Shown: piece by piece, positions 42,993-54,800 of the stretch
How positions within the stretch are numbered: position 1 is the first letter of the stretch
How the letters are laid out: every line of letters begins with the position of its first letter
Assembly: GCA_951804945.1 (NCBI GenBank)
Contig: OX638149.1
Span: forward strand, 86,490,001-86,554,000
DNA: 64,000 nt
Direction: 5' to 3'
From: Podarcis cretensis
Taxonomy: Eukaryota
Position numbers and translations under genes: made by a program
The notes under the pieces: generated by a model
Databases searched by the model: none
What the model was told of the DNA's origin: nothing
What the model saw: only the letters and a program-made list of their open reading frames with translations

Positions 42993-44229
42993 CTGCACAG
43001 AGAGAGTTTTGTCAGGGAATCCTGAAATGTTAAGGTTCATCTTACACATATTATACCTGACATATAAATTAGAGGGAGTTGCTGGGAACAGCAATTTTAA
43101 TCAAAGTGAAAACCACCAAGATGAAAGGGCTGCTGTACATAATTGATTTAAACATTTTCCAGCTTTCTAATTCAGCTATTTCCTAAATAAAGCATGTCAA
43201 TTAACTGGTGCAAAAACATATTTGTTTGCAACTCAGCAGAGTTTTTGTACTATCTTAGGAGTATGTTCCAAGGAGACATATAGTTAATGTATCTTTTGCT
43301 CTATAAATTTTATGTACATTTATGCAAGCAATCGTGAAATTAAGGATTTCTACTAGGTTTTCACCATACATATGAAAGGATGATAAACAAGTTCTTGAAG
43401 ACTAAGTGCCCAGAACACTCCACAAGTGAGGTGTTCTCAAGGCGGACCAAGAGCAGGTCAGCAATAACTCACAAAGCGTCTGTGAGGTTAACTCTTTATT
43501 CAAAGAAACAAAACATCTCAGGCCTAGTGGTCACAGCAACTGTTCCCAGCACGTCTTGCCCCAATGAGGCAGCTGCAAGGACTGAAGGGTCTCTGCTTCT
43601 CCACCACTCTCTAAGGCTCCTCCTATCCTGAGGGTCCTTTGTTTTGTCTCTCTTTGATCTGCCCTCTTCATTCCTCTGCATGTTCTGGAAGACCAGGAGG
43701 GAGGAGAGCTGATCACAGCAGGAAGGGGAGACCTCCTGGCATCTTCAGCAGCCTGCTTCCACTCTGCCTCTTGGCCTCCCTCCTTTCCAGCCTCCACTTC
43801 TGACTCTGACCTGCTCTCTGCCACAGCCTCTTCCTACACATTATACCTTTAAAGCTTATTTGAAACATATTCATTCCCTCAAAGAATTCTGGACACTGTC
43901 GTTTACCCTTCACAGAGTTATCATTCCCAGCAACTCTGAACAAACTACATCGCCCATAATTCATTGGAGGGGGGCAGGAATGCACTTTGAGTGTCCTTCA
44001 ACGGTATAGCGTAACTCTGCCTGGCTTTCTCCACTAGCTCCAAGCAGGTAGACAAGCGAGTGGCAACAAGCCCATGTTCTGTCAGCTACTGTAACTTCCA
44101 TCTCTATCCAGATTCCTTCTGGCTGCCAGGAGGAAACTTTCCCTGCTCCCAGACCCATTTCACAAAGTCCTAGTACCTGAACGAGGGGGCGGGGATCACT
44201 TTTTCATCAAGAAAAACCCAACTCCTCAC

Positions 44230-44480
44230 CAAACAGCTTAACAATCTGCGACGGAAGCCATTCCAGGGTGCTCTTCTCCTCCCAGATCAACATCCCTCAC
44301 TCGTTTGTCTGCCAGGCTGTCTGCACTGCTGCTGCAGGTGGCAAATCTGCCAAGTGAAGCCGGGAACGGCCTCTGAACCCTGAAGGTGTAGAGGCTGCTG
44401 ACGTCTTTCTCCTCCCCCCCCCAAACACTCCTACATGTGAGCACCACGCCCAGAACAAAATCTGGCTCCTCATTTCCCAC
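44230..44480 (-). CDS. PLEKHG3: Candidate alternative upstream/first exon of PLEKHG3
   Basis: Strong donor TTTG|gtgagg at 44230 puts ATG 44293 (MLIWEEKSTLEWLPSQIVKLF) in frame with exon 42992. The overlapping frame reads VGNEEPDFVLGVVLTCRSVW. The 5' boundary is uncertain. Confidence 0.5.
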
Positions 44481-47359
44481 TGAGGACTTCAGCTGAGACA
44501 CACACACTTCCTCCCACACAAACAAGAGAGGGAGTAAAGAGGACACAGCTGGTCTGGCTTGGAAGTGTCTGGAAACACTTTCGTGTGCTGGCAAGCCGCT
44601 AAAATAGCCACTAAAATCATGGATTTCCCCATCCCTCAAAGTGTCCTAGGAGGCTTTGTTTATTATGGTGTTATAAAGCCATTCATCCCAAGGGATTTCA
44701 CCAAATTTGACACTGAGTGACTCTGAAATCAGGAACCTCATAGGGACTTTCTGAAGACTGACAACAATAAAATTTGCCTCTAAAAGGTAACTGCATACTT
44801 CTGTATTGTGTACTACTCAAACTTATTTACTCAAATATATGGCACACACAGTATGCTTGTTATGTTTGCCACTAAATGTCACACACGCACAAGAATGGGG
44901 TGATCTTTTAAATCTCAGTTTCTAATTCTTTTGAAAAGGCTTCTCTTTTGGATTTTTAAAAAATAAAACCAAAATTAAAAGCAGTTTTAAAAAACATACT
45001 GGGGGTCCAACTACAAAAAAGTGGGTTCATTGCAAAAACCATGAGAGCTGGATGTCCACACTGCTATTAGACACCACGACAACAATGCCATGAACAGTTT
45101 CAACAATTCCTTAACTCTTAACACACCCTTGAGTTCCCATGATTTCACGGTGGACCTATTTGCCTCTGACACTGGGCACCCATTGTATGCACCAACATAT
45201 TACCCATCATCTCCCAAGCTCATCACTGACAGGCAACACACCTTCTACCTTCAATTAAGGGTTCCTTGTGTAGAGGAACCCACTGGAATGTGGTGACATA
45301 AGACCAACATGCTCATTTGATTCTGCACTAGAAGCAACAAGCTTTCCTCAACAAAAAAATTCAAGGCCTCTCCTTTTATGACTTGGAAGACATGAGCCTT
45401 TGCTCATATCATAGGGTAAGGCTGGGCCCTGTGGTTAACAGCTGCAGAGATTCTATCCCAGAAGGGTAGGCAGAAGCCCTGAGACTGGATACAAAAGGGA
45501 TGGATGCTGCCGTGAAAGGCAGACCAGGGGAAAACAAAGAAAAGGAAGTGTTTCTGGCCAAGTGTCTGGGAACCTGCTTGGCCTGAGTCTCCCTGCTAAA
45601 GTGCTGTTTATTTAAGAACCACTTAACCTGACAGCAGTTTGCAAACTAGCTGGAGGAGCTCATATGACTGACTAAACAGAAAATGTGCACAACTTTATAG
45701 GAAAGCCCACGTTCTGAAGGACCAATGCCTATAGTGTCTATTACTTTTCAGAGCAGGGCAATCCAAAAGTGGGAGCCTCAAGAGAAGTGTTAGCCTTTCT
45801 CCAGGACATATATGGGGACTGGAGCACATGGCTGTTTGCACAATGTGCCCTTTCCCCATAATTCCGCTCCCTAAGGTTCCCCTTTATGAGCTCTAAGTGT
45901 ACACAACCAGGCAAATATAGCCCCACCTTGCCTGGTCTATCACCAGAATCATGGTCTCCCTGTGTGGAATTTATACATCTGCAGTGGTGTGCTGAGACTG
46001 AGAGCTGAGATACCACGAATAAGCGTAGAACATGGTGTTTTGTGGTGGGAGGAGTCGATGTGGGGAAAGCCATTTCCCCTCCTCCCACTGAACTCAATGA
46101 GAAGGGAATTTCTTGAGCCAGGTCTGGAGCCAGTGTAAAGTTACATCATTAATGGGAGTGTGGGTGTGGCCTGGAGGACTGCATAATATGGCATAATTGT
46201 GCTCCTTCGCTGCAGCTCTGTCCTGCCCATGGCTTCACCCAATTTTGGCCATTCTGAGAGCATGTTCATGGGCAGAATACTTCAGATAGGCCAGTGAAAT
46301 GGTCTGCCAGTATATATTGAGTTCCACTAGCATAGTGGGGCTTCTGCCATATGCTAAAGCCCCATAGCCAGCATTACTCAACAATAGGATTGCTCAGTTA
46401 GTCCCAATTTCTGCTAGGGTATATTTACTTCCAATGAAGTATGCAATGGATTGTGGGCTAAAATCAAAGGCATCAAAAACCTTCCTATAAGGAATGTATG
46501 GTTTTCTAAACTAACAAACTCAAGGGGAAGTGGGAAAGGGTGGGATAATAAGAGTTCCATAAAATATGAGTGGGAACGCAACACAAAGACAAATGTTTCT
46601 CACACTCTTGTAATGCCAGAACTTGGAACACCCCTGAAGATGATTGACAGTAGGTTCAAGACTGACTGTATGTACTGTCTGAAGAAGTAACTTATGGAAC
46701 CCTGAGGTATGAACTTTTACCTCAGGTGACTTTTTTGAAGGACTGGAGAAATTCAGAAAGAATAAATCAGAAGCCATTAGCTAAGGCAGCTAAATGAAAC
46801 CTCCATGGTCACAGGCAGTAACTCTCCCAAAGCCAGATGCTGCAGACAAACTTCCCCCTTATTAATTTTCAGAGGCATTTGATGAAGAGAGCTGATAGAA
46901 ACAGAAAGCTGAACTTGCAAGACCTTGACTTTATCTAGCAAAAACATTTGCATCTTTATTTTCATTTTTGCTGAGATAAAGCTTACAGATTTTTTTAAAA
47001 AAGAAAGTCCAGGTAAGGAAAGAAGTTTGTAAACATTGCTTTGACCAAAGGTCTTGTTTCCAGGAATTCTCTAGATACTTTGCAGAGTAACTCAATAACA
47101 TTTACTGAATAGGTTGGACACTGCTGACTGGAAAAGTAAAATCATATCTCATTCCTCATTTGAAATATGTCTAAATAAATCTCAGGTTAGTCTTACTTAA
47201 CTACACCTAAGCAGAGCAAAATTCTCATCTTTAAAGTTAAATTGTATCTGATTGTTCAAAGAACAATCTTAGAACATATAATACATCCAACTGATTTATA
47301 CTCCTAGCTAAAACTGTATGATAGTAGCAGTTTTATCTTGAAACCCTTTCCTCACAGTC

Positions 47360-47720
47360 CTCAACAGTGAATCCACCTTTTTCACTCCTGCCACATACTG
47401 AGAGCATTTTTGTTGAGCTGTGCTTCAAGACTCCAAAATCTCTTTTCTGGTCAGGAACCACCAGCTCATAGCCCATATGTGAAGTTAGGATTTTTTGCCC
47501 CAATTCAAATCACTTTACACTTGCTTAGACTGAATTACAGTTGCAATTTTAATGCCCATTCAGCTAGTTTGGATATACCCTTTTGGATCTCAAAATCCCT
47601 TGTTATACCACACTGAACAATTTGGTTTCCTCAGCAAATTTGGCCACCACACTGCTCACTCCAAACTCCAAGTCACTTATGAGCAAGTTGCAAAGCACAG
47701 GAGCCAATATCAATCCCATT
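47360..47720 (-). mobile_element. CR1 RT fragment
   Basis: tcagcaaatttggccacc (minus VAKFAE, RT core region), agtcacttatgagcaag; continues at ~48650-48900. Confidence 0.65.
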
Positions 47721-47799
47721 GTTATTGATATGTATATATACACACACACCATACAGTACAACCTAACCAGGGATGGCAGGGACTATAAACAAATTTTCT

Positions 47800-48575
47800 C
47801 AGTTGATACAAAATCACAATAGAGAGACACAATAATATATAAAACATTCACATATTCTTACATACAGTATGCCATATTTTAGGTGTTGGTATAGATACAA
47901 TGTCCTGAAGGCTATTTGTAGCAGTGTAAGAAATGAACTCTCCTCACACAGGATGGAAATGTTCCGACATTTTCGATCCCTTGGAAACATTCCAATTATG
48001 CACTATTTCTCCCACTATCTCAATGTTCCATACATTTTTATGCCACAGGGAAATATGTAATCCTTGCAATGTCTTCTACTTTTGTGCAAATAGATATCCT
48101 GGCTGCTGCCAACAACCACAGTTTTGTTCTTGTTGTGTCTGATTATCCCATACATTGAAAAGTGAAAGTTGTGGAGTTATTTGAACAGGAGTCCCACAAA
48201 CAGAAGAAATTCCCAGATACACCTCAGACCAAATGTTCTGTACAAGAGGACACTCCCACTGTAAACAGAAAAACAACGACCCTTGTGCCTCCACAGCCAC
48301 ACCAACAACATGATGTAATTTGTGAAGTTATATATGAAAGATGAAACAACATGCGACAACATCTTTATATGTTCAACAAACATTCCTGCATATAAGCCAA
48401 TATAGTTCATAGGTCCATAATTTCTTCCACTTAGTTTCTGATATAACCGTCCCCATATCCATGTCCCATAGTGACTTAGTCCTATAAGGGATCTAGTAGA
48501 CAGATCTAACAATTTCCTGTATATTGCAGATACAAGCCCTTTCCCTAAAACACCCTCAGTTTTCACCCCAAGGTT
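47800..48575 (-). mobile_element. Degraded L1-clade ORF2 3' fragment nested in CR1
   Basis: Minus frames KGLVSAIYRKLL...GSLFFCLQWECPLVQNIWSEV resemble the L1/Tx1 C-terminal cysteine-rich region. Confidence 0.6.
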
Positions 48576-51500
48576 TCAAATTTAGTAAGATTACTAGTAG
48601 GTGCTTAAGTTGAAGTGTTTAAAACCATTGTGAGAACTTCTTTTTTTCCTACTCTCTGCTTCCGTTTCCTTAGCCAATTACTGATCCATAAGAGGACCTT
48701 ATCCTTTTATCCCATGACAGCCAATCATGCTCAGGAATCCTTGGTGAGGGAATTTATCAAAACTTGTTGAAAGTCTAAGTACATAGTTTACTCCTCACGA
48801 TAAGCTACTGAACACCATTCAAATCTAACTTACAAGTTCTCACGAACTGGAGATGCACTAGTCTAAATCATCTATCCTTTATCCACATGCATTTTAAGCA
48901 AGAACGTGCCCATGACCTTAAATTTACCAGTCTCATTTTCATCTAATTCTGTTGCCTTTTGCTTAGGAGGTTCAGAGCCAGACAAAAGCCACAGTGCCAC
49001 CCAGTGGATAGGACACTATGTGAGATTAGCAGTCACCCCCACCAAGCCACACTCAAAACTTCTGATTAGTGAATCAATAAGTCCAACCCACTATTTTGTT
49101 TTCAAGTGGCTAGGAATTATGCAGGAAGCAAATCTTCCTGTTGATTCACTATATCATTTTTTGTAGTCACTGATCATACAACCAACCTGTTGAGCCCAAA
49201 GATCATGACGTCTGATACAGTATTGCTAGGAGCAGAGTGTGCAGACAATCTCACAGTGAGTACATGTTCTCATATCAGTTGTGGCCACAGTGAAGGCTGC
49301 AGCATTGTCATCTATTTAGAAGAAGCAGGATATGCTCCTTTACTCACTGTGGTATCAAAGTCCAATATATCAATAACAAATCTAACAGCACTTTTTATGC
49401 CTCTCAGTTCAAAGGTCTACGTCATTATAACAGCCAGCATTATAGCAGATAGCAAGCCAGGTCACACCTCAGATTGGGTACACAGGGTGTGAAACTTCCC
49501 TTTCTTACACTTCCAACAATCCTCATTTGGAGTAAAGAGGGATTTTCAGAAACAACCAGGAATATCTCTTTTTCTTCAGTATCTAGATAAATACTTAATC
49601 CAGGAAGTTGCATAGGGTTGTAAAACTGTGTTATCTAGTTTTCATTGCTACTGATGTCACCTACATTACCAGAACATGAAACTTAAATTAAGTCGGATCT
49701 AGGACTTCTGCAAGAATGTGCAAGACTCCACTGTAATACTACACCTATCCACGGATGTTGGGAAGAAAACTTTCCATTGTGGCAAATGTCCCACTCCTGT
49801 ATTTTTTTCAGTGAAACATTTTCCATTTCTAAAACTGCATTGTTTCATAACATTACAAATATAGTTAATATATAGTACCAGTCAAATGAGGCACATTCAA
49901 AGGGGTAATTAACTTTCTTTTCCAAGTGACGACCCCTAGGAAAAATGTGTGTGTGTTTTGTTTCCAGACTTCCTGCCAGCAGAGTTCAGCTCACAAGATG
50001 TTTCTGCTGAAGGGTGGGGAAGAGAATTTTGTTAATTCCCCCTTCCCCAAGCCAGGACCCTCCAGACCAGTTTGGGAGATGGCACTGGGGGTTGTGCAGG
50101 GAAGGGAGTGAATTGGGAAAAAAAACCCTTCCCCCACCCTGCCACCCCACAAGAGCCTCTGTAGGATCCCAGAAGCGCAACCCAGCAAATAAAGATGCAT
50201 AGCTCTTTGAATGTGCTAAGATTAGTATGTTAGCAGCTCTCAGTGCTTAAACTTTTTCCTTAAAGCTTAAACAATGTAAGTATATACACTATTGAGTTGC
50301 TGTATCTTAAACATATGTGTTTAGTAAAAAAAAATTAAATATTCTAATAAAAATAATTTCCAAGTACATCCTTGCATTAGTTTTAATTCATTTGAACCTC
50401 ATTTCTGGCAGCAATCCCATGCACACTTAGCCTGGCAGTGTGCCCCCTTGAATACTAGGGGACCTATTTCTGAGCAAACATACACAAGATTCCACTGCTA
50501 AGTGTCCTTCAGTTATATTTTTCCTAATCAAAACATTACAGTTCAAATACTTTTAGCTACTGGTAAAATCTGCTGAGATGTTTGTAGGCATGTAAATAAA
50601 CATAGCACACATTTAGTAAACCAAACTTTAAAAAGAAGTCAAATACACATTCTAAATCAATCAATTTAGCACATCTGAAAATTATCCAGAAAACTGTCTA
50701 CTTTTTTTAAAAAAACCACATCACTGTGCATGACTTTCAGGCAGGAATCTGAATTTATGGAGTCAGATGGGATTTCTAATCTACCCTTATTTCATATACT
50801 GAAGCTAGAACTTCTGTGCCCAAAGATTCCTAATAAGCTAGCCAATACAATAGGATAAATGTAAGGTTTAGGATCATCGCAAGGATAACAGTAATGTAAA
50901 ATCCAAATAATATCAAGTACCTATTGTAAAGCACTGCAATGGCTAACTGCGCATTTTAACTTAAGCAGGAAATGGGAAGGTAGGTTTCAGGAAAACAGTA
51001 TGAAAGAAAGGGACTAACCACAATATTGTGGATGGGGGGCAGGATGTGTACAGAGTTCAGTTGTCCAGGGTTCAGTATTGACTCACAGGAAGAACAGCTA
51101 ATAATGACTGAAACAACATGGAATGTACCTGGAGGCCTCTCTTCTGAGAACTGCACCTGCCGCACCTTATTTTACATGTGGACATGGAACTCTTCCCCTG
51201 AATTCCAGTCAGCAGTGAAGCCATAATTTTCGTTAGCATGAAAGCGGCCATAGACTTGGAAGATAAAGGGCAGCAGACACTGGGGGGGGGGGGGAGTGTT
51301 TCATAAGAAACTTTTGAAACCGGTTCTGCCAGCATGTCAGATTCTCCACATTTCTCCAGCGCTAAGAAGATGGGATCAGGATCAAAGCCCAAAATTTGCC
51401 AGTGAGCCAAAGGATTCTATGTTGCTTAGTTATTTGCTTCAGTGGGATATGTATTGTGATGAAGAGTGGAATCATTTGGCTTCAATGTTCCCCAGAATAT

Positions 51501-51772
51501 TTGCAAATAGAAGCAAAGATTTCCGAAAAGAAAAACTTTGGGACTCTCATTCAAAGAGAGCCCTGTCTGTAATGGGACCAGAAGTGTTCAGTCACTGCCT
51601 ACCAGTCACCTGAGGACATGCATGTAACAAGGGGCAAATCCAGGCTGACACTCAACAGGTAACTGCAGCCCATCCCCAGCACGTGTACCTCTTTCTTAAA
51701 ATATATTTATAAGTTGTTTATAAGCTTTGCGTTGTAGACAATTTTTTAAAAAAGAATGAATTACTATACATA

Positions 51773-51833
51773 AAAAGGTAAAGGTACCCCTGACCGTTAG
51801 GTCCAGTCGCGGACGACTCTGGGGTTGCGGCGC
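51773..51833 (-). mobile_element. Truncated Sauria-type SINE 3' end
   Basis: aaaggtaaaggtacccctgaccgttaggtccagtcgcggacgactctggggttgcggcgc; (ACCTTT)n tail on the minus strand; CpGs intact. Confidence 0.75.
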
Positions 51834-54800
51834 CATAATAATAAAAAAAGTTAGGTTAATGTTACATGAATAAAATAGTACCGTCGTGTAACATTAACCT
51901 AACATTTTTAAAATTTATTCTTGTATTAATTTCATTATATTAGCATGTGGTCTATTCCATTTTATCTCAGGTTCTCTTTTCATATACCTCTTTGAAACAC
52001 TTGTTACATTCACAGTTTACATTCCTAGATGCATATCCAAGGGCCAAACTAGATGAGATGGGAAGAGATCCATGATTAGATCTCCAAGGTGGGTTTTTTC
52101 CTAATTCTTTTTTAAAACGTTATAAACAGCCATGGGAGGTATTAAGTGTAACTACATCCCCACTGCTCCATATCACCATTTGGTTGCAGGGAGGCAACAC
52201 TTGCCTTGCTACTTTCCTGCCTTCCACCCTATGAAGTTACCCTATGCTAATTTTATAATAACCACTCTGCAAGTCCCTGCCTGAATTGTGAATACATTAA
52301 GGCAGTTAAGACATATTAAGAACCAATTCATCTACTGATCCTTCCAATTATATACTCTTAATACCTTCCTGTTCAAATGTAGCTTAAAAAGTCTACGCAA
52401 TCATGGCCACAACTAATACTTCCCCCCTCCTAACCCTTAAAACTCACACCGTTTCAGAAGCCTTCAGAGAGGACAAATAAACAACATATACGTATTTGCT
52501 TTTCCAACCTAGATTACACTAGCCTCTTTGGGCTACAGGGTTTCAGTTCCCAGCTTGACCTTTATTGCAATGAGGCGGACAAATTGAAAAGCCATCAAGG
52601 ACTTTACTTGTTTTTTGCTAAAAACTAAGTGTTTCCAGAGCCAGTCTAGCAGCTTTCACTGGTTCTGAAATTCACCACAAACATCAAGCTAATGTTTATC
52701 AAATCCCTGCCAGAACTGGATGGAACCAACGCCACAGATGAGAAGCTGGTTTGCTGTGGACATTCAGTCCGGCCTTTGCTGCTGCTTCTTAGAGGCACAG
52801 CAGGGCTCACACATTTCTTACTTTACATTTTCTATGGGGCACAATCTGAACTCAGTTTATAAACCAGCCACCACAGTCCTCTTAATGGAAATGGTGTAGT
52901 CTCCAGACAGGAAGAACCAAGGGCCCCCAAGCCCCTCACTGAACAACAACAAAAAGGCCAACTGTCTTTTCTGCCTGCAGCTCCCAATTCCAGACTCCAT
53001 TCTGGCTGGCAGGAAACGTTCCCAAGTCTTTTGGCTGGCCTACTAGGACGAACGGGGCACTGCCCCACCAGCCTTCCAACTTCCAGACATGCAGAAGCAA
53101 CATGTGCTTTATTTAGTTTTAGCTACTGGTCATCTTTTGAGTATCTTAAATACCTATTTTTACCTGTTTATCAATAATTTTCATGTTTTGTTTTATACTT
53201 TTGTAATTTGCTTTGAGGTTCTCTTACATTCATGGGATACATAAATTTTGTGAAATAAAGAAACTGCTCTTGGCCAGATCCCACCAGCCTGCCCTGCCTG
53301 CCTTCATACTTACAACCAGCCCAGGGGGTGGCACAATGCTTGCCAGCTCCCTCCTGCTTAATCTCAGCATTACCTTTGAGGAACTCAACTAGAAAGAGTG
53401 GGGGGGGGATCAGAACTAGCTGTTTCTGCCTGTCCACTGACTCTGCCTTCACCTTTTGTTGGCCCCTGCCTCCTCACTGCCAGTCCCAAGAGGCACCAGC
53501 CAACACTGCTTTTGAAGACATGTTTGGAATGACTGGGGATGAGAACCTCACTATAGCCATTTAGCTAAACCTCCCCTTTAGCAGGCAAGGGCCAGGGCCC
53601 TGCTACAATCACCCCCTCCATCAGCCAGACATCCACCTTCTGCACTCTAAGTCCATTCTGAATTCATACTTTATTAACTTGTGTTACGATGTAAATTACT
53701 ACAGTGTGCATGTAACCAGGAAGGAAGATGGTTGTATACCACACTGCCAAAGGAAGCTGAGAATTGCATCACTGCCTGGCTTCCCCAGCTATCTGACACA
53801 GAGAGAGAATGTGCAGTAACTTTCTCATCCACGTCCCCATGTGGCAGCCAGGCAGATATTGGCATGTTGCCGCTTTGTAAAATGGTCGCCATGTTCGACT
53901 GCAGGGCCCTTTCATCTTAAGCATTTAAAGAAATTCCTTTTTCTTTGATGATTATGGCCAGTTTTACTTTTCCATGCTTGCACAGTAGCAGCAGACAGAC
54001 CTTTCCAGAGGCTTGTTTAGAGTCTCAAACAAATATTTGCACTGGAATTCATACCAAATATTTCCACTGATCCTTCACTGGGCCAGTGTGAGGGAGCAGG
54101 AGGGAAGGGGAGAGGAGAGGAGAAAGGCTGATAAATGGTGTGGGTTCATGGACTTATTGTAAGAGCAGGGAGACCCTTTGCTGGTACAAGGTTTTTTGAA
54201 GCAGATGCTTTTATCAGTGGGTTGTGATCTGTGACCATGGGGGCTTAAACCTTGATTATGTTCCTAAGACACTGCTGCCCAACCAAGAATAAATACCTTT
54301 GTGGAATTTTTAGAATCCTTTTCATGTCACCTTTAAGCGCCACCCATGACACTACATCCACTGAGCTCTTCCTGACCTTTTGAGATACACTGAGCAGATT
54401 AGCAACCCACCCAGGATTACACCCCCGCAGAGACCGCTTGATTGCTGGAAAGTTACGCAGCATACCGGTTCTGCTTATCCATCTGTATACTTATCCATCT
54501 GTATACGATGCCTCATGCACATTCCTTCCTTTTAGTTAGCTCTGATCCCTTGCATCTAAATCCATCCCGTGAGAAGAGAATGCCATCGCTCCTTTCCCGG
54601 CAGGCTGTCAAAATCTGCAGATTTCAATCTCTCTGCTACTTCGGAAGCAGCCAGACAGATTAGGTCTAACTTTACCCTTAAGAGCAGTGTGCAAGCTTTC
54701 CAGGACACAACCAGCTTGATCAGAGTTATTGGCAAGGAGCAGCGGAAACTCCAGTCCAGCCCCACCCCTTACTATTCCCACCTCAGCCAAGGATGACAGA

